Shown piece after piece: positions 56,454 through 64,000 of a stretch of DNA of 64,000 bases. How positions within the stretch are numbered: position 1 is the stretch's first letter; each line of letters starts with the position of its first letter. Origin of the DNA: a virus; the IMG/VR virus record IMGVR_UViG_3300028394_000042; one strand, 5' to 3'. The notes under the pieces are model-generated. The model ran no database searches. It saw only the letters and a list, made by a program, of their open reading frames with translations, and was not told the DNA's origin. The position numbers were made by a program, and so were the translations under genes.

Positions 56454-57380
56454 TTACTTGAAGTCAACGCGAGCCAGACCGTTGGTATGGCCGAAAGAGC
56501 CACCCTGTGTCTGGTAGGCAAAGTACTCAAGCATGAAAGCTTCACGACGGATGTACATCGTGGTGGGTTCCAGCTCGTAGTTCTTGCCGATGAACTTGGG
56601 CGAGGCAAACATAAAAAGACTATCGTCGGGGACCAAATCGCGCTTGATAGTCACAATCCAACGGCAGTTGAGGAAGTTAGTTTCCGCCCAGCCGTTCTTG
56701 ATGATGTCCTGCGAGAAGTCACCGCCCATTTCGTCGCGGCCGAACTTCAGCAGCTCCTTGATGGTGATGTTATTCACCAAGCAAGTTTCAACTTCGAAGT
56801 GGCTGGACGTACGGGGCATGACCTTCAGGGCGTCAACAAGGGTCTCACGAGTGATACCGCCGCTGATCTCCTCGTACTGCACATAGCCAGAAGCCGGATT
56901 AGTGGCGCCAGCGGTGGGCAGCACAGCATTGAAGGCAGCAATGAACTTGCTATCTTCTTCAGCCAGCATGTCCTTGATCATGTTGTCCGACAGAACCTGA
57001 CGAATGTCGATCACATACGTCCGCAGCTCGTCGACGTCCTTCACAGCGCGAGGCGACACGATCCGGTCAAACATGACGCGGTAACGTGGGCCACGGATGT
57101 AGAAGTTAATCGGGAGCGTCGCGAACGGAAGCGACACAGCCGCCGGGGAATCGGGTTCCTTGTCCACAACCTTAACGGGCTTGTCAGTATCAACCTGACG
57201 GTCAAGCTCGTCGTTGGTGATGGTCAGCGGGGGCATAATCCGCCGATAGAACCCGTCTTCACGCATCTTGGTGCGCGTGAAGTCGTTAACAGCGTCGATG
57301 GCCTGCTTCTGCATGCCGGGGGTATCGAGCTGCTCAAAAAGAGTCTCATTGAGCAATTGAACTTCTTGCTGAGTGGGCAT
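56454..57380 (-). CDS. major capsid protein (HK97 fold, compact)
   Basis: Start MPTQQE with GGAGG SD; RTKMREDGFYRRIMPP...KDVDEL...IKDMLAEEDSKF; follows protease, scaffold and decoration genes. Confidence 0.85.
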   Translation of the reverse strand: MPTQQEVQLLNETLFEQLDTPGMQKQAIDAVNDFTRTKMREDGFYRRIMPPLTITNDELDRQVDTDKPVKVVDKEPDSPAAVSLPFATLPINFYIRGPRYRVMFDRIVSPRAVKDVDELRTYVIDIRQVLSDNMIKDMLAEEDSKFIAAFNAVLPTAGATNPASGYVQYEEISGGITRETLVDALKVMPRTSSHFEVETCLVNNITIKELLKFGRDEMGGDFSQDIIKNGWAETNFLNCRWIVTIKRDLVPDDSLFMFASPKFIGKNYELEPTTMYIRREAFMLEYFAYQTQGGSFGHTNGLARVDFK

Positions 57381-57418
57381 TATTGGAACCTCCATGTTCC
57401 TAGTAGTTAGTAAGTGGG

Positions 57419-57988
57419 TCAGTCGATAGTGGCGGCAGTGCCAGCTGGCAGGTACACGCTCCAGAACGAAAGAGTCAGCACGCCATTGTGATTACGGGAT
57501 GCGCCGCTGGAAACAACGCCGCAAACCGCGTTAACGTACTGGACAGCGCTCTGATTGGTCAGCACGCCGCCTGTGGAGAGAGCACTTGTCGACGTACCAG
57601 CTGTGAGCGTGTCGCCCGGGGCGTACGTCTGCGTGGAATCAAATTCCGTGGACGCAATTTCGTACCCGCCAGTTGCAACAAGACCAGACAACTTGCCCGA
57701 AGGCGAAATAGCCTGATGCATGAAGTTACCGCCAGCTGTGGTGCCGGGGTTGCTCACATCAGCATCGCCGGAGCCATTGAGCAAGAAGATGCCCATGTGC
57801 GCAGCGCTGACGCCCGGAAGGAACACTTCCTTGCCGCCAGACAACTCAAGATGCACAACGCGACCGCGCGGAACTGTGAACGAAACGCTGCTCGACAACT
57901 TTGCAGAGTAGTCGAGGCTAGCCATATCGAACCAGCCCTTCTTCACGTCAAGGCCGTGCTCGAACATCAAATCAGGGGCAGTAGCCAT
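57419..57988 (-). CDS. putative capsid decoration/cement protein
   Basis: Directly upstream of the capsid gene; small, beta-rich; TEFDSTQTYAPGDTLTA. Confidence 0.65.
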   Translation of the reverse strand: MATAPDLMFEHGLDVKKGWFDMASLDYSAKLSSSVSFTVPRGRVVHLELSGGKEVFLPGVSAAHMGIFLLNGSGDADVSNPGTTAGGNFMHQAISPSGKLSGLVATGGYEIASTEFDSTQTYAPGDTLTAGTSTSALSTGGVLTNQSAVQYVNAVCGVVSSGASRNHNGVLTLSFWSVYLPAGTAATID

Positions 57989-58047
57989 CGTAAGACCTCC
58001 ATGTCTTTGTCAATTTCGGGAATCATTCCCGGGGTAGTAAAACGAGC

Positions 58048-58479
58048 TCAAGAAGTGGGCGGATTGAGTCCAAGACCCGTGAAAAATTTCACGTCGGAAG
58101 CTTTGAGGCGACCGTCGCGGGCACCCACATACCCGCTCGTCAAACTAGAGTCAGGGTTGTAGCCGGCGGTCTTCGTGGTCGACCCAACCGGTGTGCCAAT
58201 ACGAGCCATCTCGGCAGCGTTTTTGTGCGACGCCAGCTTGATAACAAGCTCCATCGCGCGCACCGGATCACGAAGCGCTGCATCCAACGCTTCCTTCTGG
58301 TGTGCTTCGATGCGCTCGTTATCGAGGCAAGCTTTAACAGCAGCAGGAACTAAGCTAGCCAGCTTTGCCTGCGTGTCGTCTTGCGCCTTGATAGCGGCCG
58401 CGGCCTTTGTCAGCGCTGCATCGGAATAACCGATGTAGTCGATGACTTTCTGGACAAGAGCGGTATTGCTTGTGGACAT
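58048..58479 (-). CDS. K-x-A-motif head/scaffold-associated protein
   Basis: Start MSTSNT with GGAGG SD; TKAAA, AKLAS, QKEA, IKLAS, HKNAA, TKTAG. Confidence 0.75.
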   Translation of the reverse strand: MSTSNTALVQKVIDYIGYSDAALTKAAAAIKAQDDTQAKLASLVPAAVKACLDNERIEAHQKEALDAALRDPVRAMELVIKLASHKNAAEMARIGTPVGSTTKTAGYNPDSSLTSGYVGARDGRLKASDVKFFTGLGLNPPTS

Positions 58480-58495
58480 GAAAACCTCCAAGAAA

Positions 58496-59833
58496 TTAAC
58501 GACTGATCAGTTCGATGATGTGCTGCTTCATGCTGTCACGCAACTGGCGCGACCGCTTAGTGCGAGCTTCCTTAACCTGAAACTTACCGGAGCGCTTGAA
58601 GTCAACAACCATGCGCCCAATCGAGTCCAGAGCCGCCGCCATCTTGGCCTCAGCAGCTGCGGGATCGCCGCCCATAGCGGCAGCAGGGTCAGCCGGCGGC
58701 ATGCCGCCAGCTTCTGCGCCGGGAGCGCCGCCAGCCTCAGCGCCACCGTGTGACAGGGCCTGCAGCAGCGCTTCCGGTGGGATGCCAAGCTCTTCGAGGG
58801 CCATGGCCAACTCCTGAACAGCCTCTTCGTTACCGGGCTGTCCGCCACCCTCTTCGCCGCCCATCTCACCGCCCATTTCGCCACCCATCTCGCTGCCCAT
58901 TTCGCCGCCCGCCATCGGCGGAGCCTCGCTCAGGCCAGATTCCATGTCGCCGGGAGCGGAGTGATCTTCACCCTCTGCAGCGTCATCGGTCGGATCGGCA
59001 CCAGCGGCTTTGGACGACAAGAACCCGATAAACAGGTCAGCCATCTCGTCGGCCTCGCGCAGTGTGTTTGCGCACACCTCGCGAACAGACGCTTCAGCAG
59101 CTTCCTTATCCAGTCCAATCGCAGCCGCCAGTTCGTAGCCGGCCTTGAAGGCAGAAGCCTTAACACCAGCGTCAGAAGGCTCAAGGTCAACAGACTTGTC
59201 CTTGCCTTCGCCCGGCATCTTCACAGCCTTCGTGCCCGACTCTTCAGCCTTTTCCTTAGCCGAAGACTCAGACGACTCGTGAGCCGAGCTGCCCTCAATC
59301 TTCTTCTTCAAGAACTCAGGCATCTCAGACTGTTTGGTCAAGTTAGCTGTACCGAAGTTAATCAGGTTCGCAAGGATCTCGTTACCAAGCGCGCCGCAAT
59401 TAGCGCGGGCTTCCTTGAACGACACAGCGCTGTACTTCTCGCCGCTGTCAGCCTTAGCTGGGTGAGTAGTGCCCGGATCGTCCTTGGTGCCCTTGTAATC
59501 CTTTTCAGCTGCGGGGTCTTCACCAGTGGCAGCGGTGTTCGTGTTGATATTCAGCTGGACGTCATCCTGCCGGCCTTCTTGCGAAAGGGGAGCAGTGCTG
59601 TCAACACCGAGCGGGCCCTGCTGCTTCTTCATGTCCGCTTCGTACTCAGCGCTGCGCGCGCCCTCTGAGGCGACCTGCACGTTGTTGTCAACATGGGCCG
59701 TGGGGTGCGTGGACGCACCGACGTAAGTACCCGGATCAGCTGGCGTAGGCGCTGCCGACTTTACAGCGCCTTCCGAGATCTCAGCAGCCAGCGCGTTGAG
59801 TTGTGCGAACAGTGAACGTGTCGTCCGTGCCAT
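58496..59833 (-). CDS. putative scaffolding protein
   Basis: Acidic, low-complexity (GGEM repeats), between protease and capsid genes; several K-x-A motifs. Confidence 0.7.
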   Translation of the reverse strand: MARTTRSLFAQLNALAAEISEGAVKSAAPTPADPGTYVGASTHPTAHVDNNVQVASEGARSAEYEADMKKQQGPLGVDSTAPLSQEGRQDDVQLNINTNTAATGEDPAAEKDYKGTKDDPGTTHPAKADSGEKYSAVSFKEARANCGALGNEILANLINFGTANLTKQSEMPEFLKKKIEGSSAHESSESSAKEKAEESGTKAVKMPGEGKDKSVDLEPSDAGVKASAFKAGYELAAAIGLDKEAAEASVREVCANTLREADEMADLFIGFLSSKAAGADPTDDAAEGEDHSAPGDMESGLSEAPPMAGGEMGSEMGGEMGGEMGGEEGGGQPGNEEAVQELAMALEELGIPPEALLQALSHGGAEAGGAPGAEAGGMPPADPAAAMGGDPAAAEAKMAAALDSIGRMVVDFKRSGKFQVKEARTKRSRQLRDSMKQHIIELISR

Positions 59834-59877
59834 GGTCATCTCCTTTGGGGTCTAATCGTTAAACGATTAGCTTCCGT

Positions 59878-61338
59878 TCATGTGACATAATTTTGCAGTA
59901 CACAATGGTTTGTTGTCAACCAATTCTTTCCATATTTTTCGCAAACAACGGCGAGGGCAGCAATCTTATACAACGCGTAATGTTGCGCAAGTGCTGTTTC
60001 TGCATTACTGCTCGCCCGCTTCTCCGATGGAAACTCAACTGATTGAACGTTACGCAATGCAGCCAAATAAGCGCGTTTTTCAACGTTACTCGGCAACACG
60101 CTGTGCGTATAACTCACACGCTCTGCCCACGCTCTAGTGAGCGGCGAAGCAGCGGGTGCAGGTAAATATGCGTTGTGTTCAAGCTGGCTCACAATGTCTG
60201 CATCGTTAGCCAACTTAGAGAAAATGTTAGGCAGCGCATATGCAACAGCGCCTACCAGTTTCTCGTCCGCAGACTTAACTGTCAACGCTAAGAAATCCCG
60301 CAACGGCAGAATTACACCAGCGTCGGCAAGTCCACGTAACACCTCGGCCATTTTAACAGATTGGCACTGCATAACATCAATAGCTGGTTGCACATCTCGC
60401 GATGTTGCAAGCGCTACTTGTGTCCAACTCGGCGCCATGTGTGTAGCTTGCTTCTCTGCCTGTACCAGCTCAGCCAATACTTCCAGTTGCAGTTGTGCAT
60501 ACTTGGATGTAACGCCATCAGTATCAAACCCAATCGGAGCTGTTACGCCAAGCTGCTCAGCCAGCTCTGCGCCTGACAGCGTGACTGCGCCAGCGGCTTT
60601 TTCCAGCCGACCGGACACATAGGCAATACGGTCAGCCGGGCGGAAAACGTGGGAGATATCGAAGAAACTGGGGTTTGGATTATCAGCGTGCAGCACATGC
60701 CCATCTTCAAGCACGCGGCCAATGTTGCGCTTCAATCCGCCAGCTTTACAATGGCCGCCGCTCTCGACTGCATCACAATACTCAGCGCGGGTCTTGGCTG
60801 TGTTGCCGCAAGCAGAGCACTTATCAAACGGAATCTTGCAGGCCATAGAAACGGCGATGTCTCTGTCTTGCGACAGCTTCTCCATTTCTTTGTCTGCAAT
60901 CAGCCCGCCATTACGGTCGGCAGCTTCTTTCGAGCCGTTCAGCGCAACAACAAGTTCGATCCGGCGCATGGGTTCGTGGTAAGCAGACGCCTTTACGATA
61001 CCGAAGCTTTTGGCTTGATCCTTGTTGGCGTGGTCGCGATAGAACCGAGCAAACTTTGTGAACGTCGGGTGATACCGCTGGCAGCATTCGCGCGTGAAAC
61101 CGTCGCCGTTGCGGTTCGGGCCGTAGTCTTCCGTAGCGCCAATAGCGATCATGTGTACGGGAATCTCGTCTTTGGCAAACTTGATGTTTTCAAGCTTGTG
61201 CGCAAACTCCGCGCCGGCCCGTTTGATCAGGTCAGCCTTGTCTGAGCCGAGCAGCCCGCGACTAGATAACTTAATCAACGAAGCAACTGGCTCGCTGAAG
61301 TCTTGCGCGTGCGGCTGGATAACTTTGATCATGCTCAT
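59878..61338 (-). CDS. prohead maturation protease with Zn-ribbon insertion
   Basis: NRNGDGF, YRDHANKD (His), VSMAC (Ser), CSACGN...C...C, FFDISHVFRPAD. Confidence 0.82.
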   Translation of the reverse strand: MSMIKVIQPHAQDFSEPVASLIKLSSRGLLGSDKADLIKRAGAEFAHKLENIKFAKDEIPVHMIAIGATEDYGPNRNGDGFTRECCQRYHPTFTKFARFYRDHANKDQAKSFGIVKASAYHEPMRRIELVVALNGSKEAADRNGGLIADKEMEKLSQDRDIAVSMACKIPFDKCSACGNTAKTRAEYCDAVESGGHCKAGGLKRNIGRVLEDGHVLHADNPNPSFFDISHVFRPADRIAYVSGRLEKAAGAVTLSGAELAEQLGVTAPIGFDTDGVTSKYAQLQLEVLAELVQAEKQATHMAPSWTQVALATSRDVQPAIDVMQCQSVKMAEVLRGLADAGVILPLRDFLALTVKSADEKLVGAVAYALPNIFSKLANDADIVSQLEHNAYLPAPAASPLTRAWAERVSYTHSVLPSNVEKRAYLAALRNVQSVEFPSEKRASSNAETALAQHYALYKIAALAVVCEKYGKNWLTTNHCVLQNYVT

Positions 61339-61350
61339 GTTGGTACTCGG

Positions 61351-62724
61351 TTAGCTGAGTGCGCGGCCTATTTCTTGCGATTCCAGATTGTTCTTCCGGC
61401 TTTCGGCTTTCAGCTTCTCTAGTTCGACCATCTGTTTCACGTCAAAATCAGCGAATTGCCCAGCCTCCAGCCGCTTGCGCAACAGCGACTGCATTGCCGC
61501 GCCGGAGTCCGTAAAGCTGGGCGCCATCTCTGCAATCTGGTTGTAGGCTGATGCAACTTCGTGCGGGTCATAGCCAGAGATTACAGGGTCGTTCAAAATA
61601 AGGTCGTTCAGCACGCCGCGGGACTTGATTTGCTGCAGTTTCTGCTCGTGATCAGCGTCTGACAGTGACGCGTAGGCTTTTTGGCGCTGTGCTGTTGGCT
61701 CTGTCTTCTTGCTCATATCCGGCGGTAAGTCTGAGCCCTGACCCATAATGCCACCCAGCGTGGCCATCGTGTTGCCAAATGACATACCGGGTGTAGGCGC
61801 CGGCGCAGCAGGGCCGGGTTCTTTAGCGGCTGACTTCAACGTCAGCGGCTCGTTTTGCTGCTCAAACATAATTGAGCCTGTAAGAAACTCTGGCGCTGTT
61901 TTCTTCCAGTTGGCCGCCGCAGTCTTCTCGGGCAGCACGTAACTTTGCGCTAAGTTGTACGCAGCAACGTCTTCCAGCACACCTGCAACAAGTCGCACTG
62001 GCAGCAAATCACCAAAGTGCGATTCTTTTGTCGCGGCTTGCTTTTCAACATGCGGGTAAACAGCGGCTACCTTGCGCAGCACCATCTCGCCGTCATTGCC
62101 AAGGCGCCGGCTAACTTCTCGCACAGCGTCACCGAATGTCATGCTGCCGGGTACGCGGAAATAGCTGCACAGCTTTTCCATGCTGGCGGCTGCTTTTTGA
62201 TACGCCGCGCTAGCCTGTCGGCGCAGTTCTTCTGCCGCGCGCTTGTCAGCCATCTTTTTGCTGTAAACACGCTCTGCCGCAGACTTCTCGTCACGGGGCG
62301 GCGGTGTCCATTGATTCGCGGGCAAGGCAACTGTCGCGGCTGCTTGTTTGGTCAGCGCGCTGTTACGCCGGGCAAGAAAGCCAGTTGGCGACACTGCATA
62401 CTCAGTCGACACGATGGACGACTGTGTAACTTCGCCAGCTGTCTTGACATGCTTGGGGTACAGTGCGTCCATGACAACATTGACGTCGGCTAACTGGAAG
62501 TCAGCGGCTTTTTCCAGCGCGTCTTCACCTTGTTCGCGCTGCTTTGTTGTCCGCCCGGTGTTGTAGGCGTGCACCATGAGATTGATGTGGCCAGCCGGGA
62601 TGTTAGACGCTGTGGCACTCTTGATGATTGCGTCGTTCGGGCTGGAGCCGGCGTTGACAAGCTCAGCCGCTTTTTCAATAGCGGCAATCAGCGTCTGCTC
62701 GGCTTGTTTATTTAGTGGCCGCAT
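61351..62724 (-). CDS. K-x-A-rich putative internal head protein
   Basis: About 15 K-x-A motifs in the first ~300 aa. Confidence 0.75.
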   Translation of the reverse strand: MRPLNKQAEQTLIAAIEKAAELVNAGSSPNDAIIKSATASNIPAGHINLMVHAYNTGRTTKQREQGEDALEKAADFQLADVNVVMDALYPKHVKTAGEVTQSSIVSTEYAVSPTGFLARRNSALTKQAAATVALPANQWTPPPRDEKSAAERVYSKKMADKRAAEELRRQASAAYQKAAASMEKLCSYFRVPGSMTFGDAVREVSRRLGNDGEMVLRKVAAVYPHVEKQAATKESHFGDLLPVRLVAGVLEDVAAYNLAQSYVLPEKTAAANWKKTAPEFLTGSIMFEQQNEPLTLKSAAKEPGPAAPAPTPGMSFGNTMATLGGIMGQGSDLPPDMSKKTEPTAQRQKAYASLSDADHEQKLQQIKSRGVLNDLILNDPVISGYDPHEVASAYNQIAEMAPSFTDSGAAMQSLLRKRLEAGQFADFDVKQMVELEKLKAESRKNNLESQEIGRALS

Positions 62725-63655
62725 CGGTAGCCTCCGGGTAACGCAGTTCTTGAATCATTTTTTGATCTTGCACGTCGCCGCCAACAGCAAGGGTCATGAG
62801 TTCGTCATTGCGTAACTCAGCAGCGCCATTATCAAAAGGTAACATTTTTAGGGTCGAAGAATCCAGTTTTGTACCCACGCGGAACGGCAGGGCTGCAAGC
62901 ATAGCCCCGATGTTCTCGACAATTGTGCTGTGTGCTTTACTGGCGTTTGCAGTTGTACGCTCAATTTCGACGTATTTAACAAACGAGTCGATGAGCGGCA
63001 GTTGCGTGTGCGAGTTAACCTGCACGGTCAACGCCGCAAGCGCTGCCTTGTACTTCATTGTATTAACAGCGAAGTCTTGGAAGAAACCAGCCACGGCGTC
63101 AGGCGCCTCTGGCTTAGCGGTAGGCGTAAACTTGCCGATAATGGCGCTTAGCGTGTGCTCGCCACCGTGATAGCCCATAAGCTTCCACAGCAGGTCATAT
63201 TGGCGCTCTGATAGGCCGCGGGTAACAGCGTCGGCAAGGACCACGTTCAAGATGTAGTCCGTATGCGCCATTTTCTCGCGAATGTCAAAGAAGACATGCG
63301 CGAAAGCTGCAACAACGCTTGGCTCTATGCCTAATTTGGCCGCAATGCTCTCGTCTGTTTCGCCAGCCAGAATGCGGGCCTCGATAGCCCAGCGTGTTGG
63401 GGCTTTGTCTTCTATCCAGATTGAGTGGGCCCAGAAAAGATCCCTGTCGCGCTGCAGCAACGCGTAAAGCGCAGCCGGGCGACTGTTAGCCAGATCAAAA
63501 TGGCGCTTGAGCTTGACGGCCCTGCGGATCCACGTAAAGCCCTCTGCGCCGTCTAGCGTGCGCGAAGCCCGTGGCCCGCCCTTGTCGATCTGTAGCGCGC
63601 GCAACCAGCGCCAGTGCGGCGCGCGTTGCGGGCTATCGCGGAAATCATTGAGCAT
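62708..63655 (-). CDS. HTH-containing protein (possible small terminase subunit)
   Basis: IEARILAGETDESIAAKLGIEPSVVAAFAHVFFD; located in the head module. Function is a guess. Confidence 0.5.
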   Translation of the reverse strand: MLNDFRDSPQRAPHWRWLRALQIDKGGPRASRTLDGAEGFTWIRRAVKLKRHFDLANSRPAALYALLQRDRDLFWAHSIWIEDKAPTRWAIEARILAGETDESIAAKLGIEPSVVAAFAHVFFDIREKMAHTDYILNVVLADAVTRGLSERQYDLLWKLMGYHGGEHTLSAIIGKFTPTAKPEAPDAVAGFFQDFAVNTMKYKAALAALTVQVNSHTQLPLIDSFVKYVEIERTTANASKAHSTIVENIGAMLAALPFRVGTKLDSSTLKMLPFDNGAAELRNDELMTLAVGGDVQDQKMIQELRYPEATDAATK

Positions 63656-64000
63656 TAGCGCAGCGTCGGGGTGTCAACGGTTACAGACAACACGAAGTTC
63701 TTGGCCCCAGACCCCGCTGGCGTGATCTTCAGATAAAGATATCTTTGCGGGTTTGTGGGCGTTCCGTCACGATTGAGATAAGACAGTGACAGGTCATTGT
63801 TTTCAGAAACAGCCACATTGTTAGCGGCCGTAAACGTAGCAAGGTGGAACACGCTGGCGGGCAGGGTGCTATTTGGCTCGGTGTCCTGCTTGCTGGTATA
63901 CAAGTCGGCCGTAAACCCGGCGTTTGTGCCGGAAGCCTGCGCCAAGGTAGCCCGCTTCAGGATACCGCGATGCGGCATCGGGATAGCGACGACAGTGGCA
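63655..64000 (-). CDS. putative virion protein (partial; frame open to the window edge)
   Basis: Frame stays open upstream of ATG 63978 (ATVVAIP-M). Confidence 0.65.
   Translation of the reverse strand, partial: ATVVAIPMPHRGILKRATLAQASGTNAGFTADLYTSKQDTEPNSTLPASVFHLATFTAANNVAVSENNDLSLSYLNRDGTPTNPQRYLYLKITPAGSGAKNFVLSVTVDTPTLR

Noticed and set aside
58845-58910. 12-bp quasi-repeat in the scaffold gene
   Set aside because: It encodes a low-complexity GGEM linker; no evidence for a DNA-level function.
41754-59668. Long plus-strand ORFs (e.g. 41754..42845, 49706..50863, 56376..57410, 58961..59668)
   Set aside because: They lie wholly opposite well-supported structural genes and read as typical antisense frames with no recognisable motifs.
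1-64000. Stop-codon reassignment, inteins or introns, integrase, diversity-generating retroelement
   Set aside because: Genes are intact and tightly packed in code 11 with TAA, TAG and TGA all used as stops; no splicing motifs, recombinase or reverse transcriptase were recognised.

Overview
This 64-kb window is part of a large tailed-phage genome with a contractile (myovirus-type) tail, read in standard code 11. It is almost fully coding and mostly on the minus strand. Reading right to left in the direction of transcription: (1) a head module with an HTH protein, several K-x-A-rich proteins, prohead protease, scaffold, decoration protein and a ~308-aa major capsid protein; (2) neck/adaptor proteins, tail sheath, tube, a VgrG/gp5-like spike, two tail chaperones and a tape measure protein; (3) a baseplate block with an embedded sigma70-family gene; (4) a five-gene paralog array and two Cys/Pro-rich collagen fibre genes; (5) below ~17.6 kb, a non-structural region with csrA, a Zn-finger primase-like gene, a pyrimidine-dimer glycosylase, tRNA-Thr(UGU), and a DUF1257/DUF2997/Ycf46-like AAA module. 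I see only three credible plus-strand genes, one of them the large terminase. The host is tentatively a Planctomycete (inference). The most unusual items are a 187-nt tmRNA-like RNA with a non-alanine acceptor stem and a short tag-like ORF, a K-x-A motif concentrated in head proteins (candidate prohead-protease site), plus-strand genes whose ATG overlaps an opposite-strand ATG in CATG, and Cys-rich repeat fibre proteins. All family calls come from motif recognition by eye; no searches were run.
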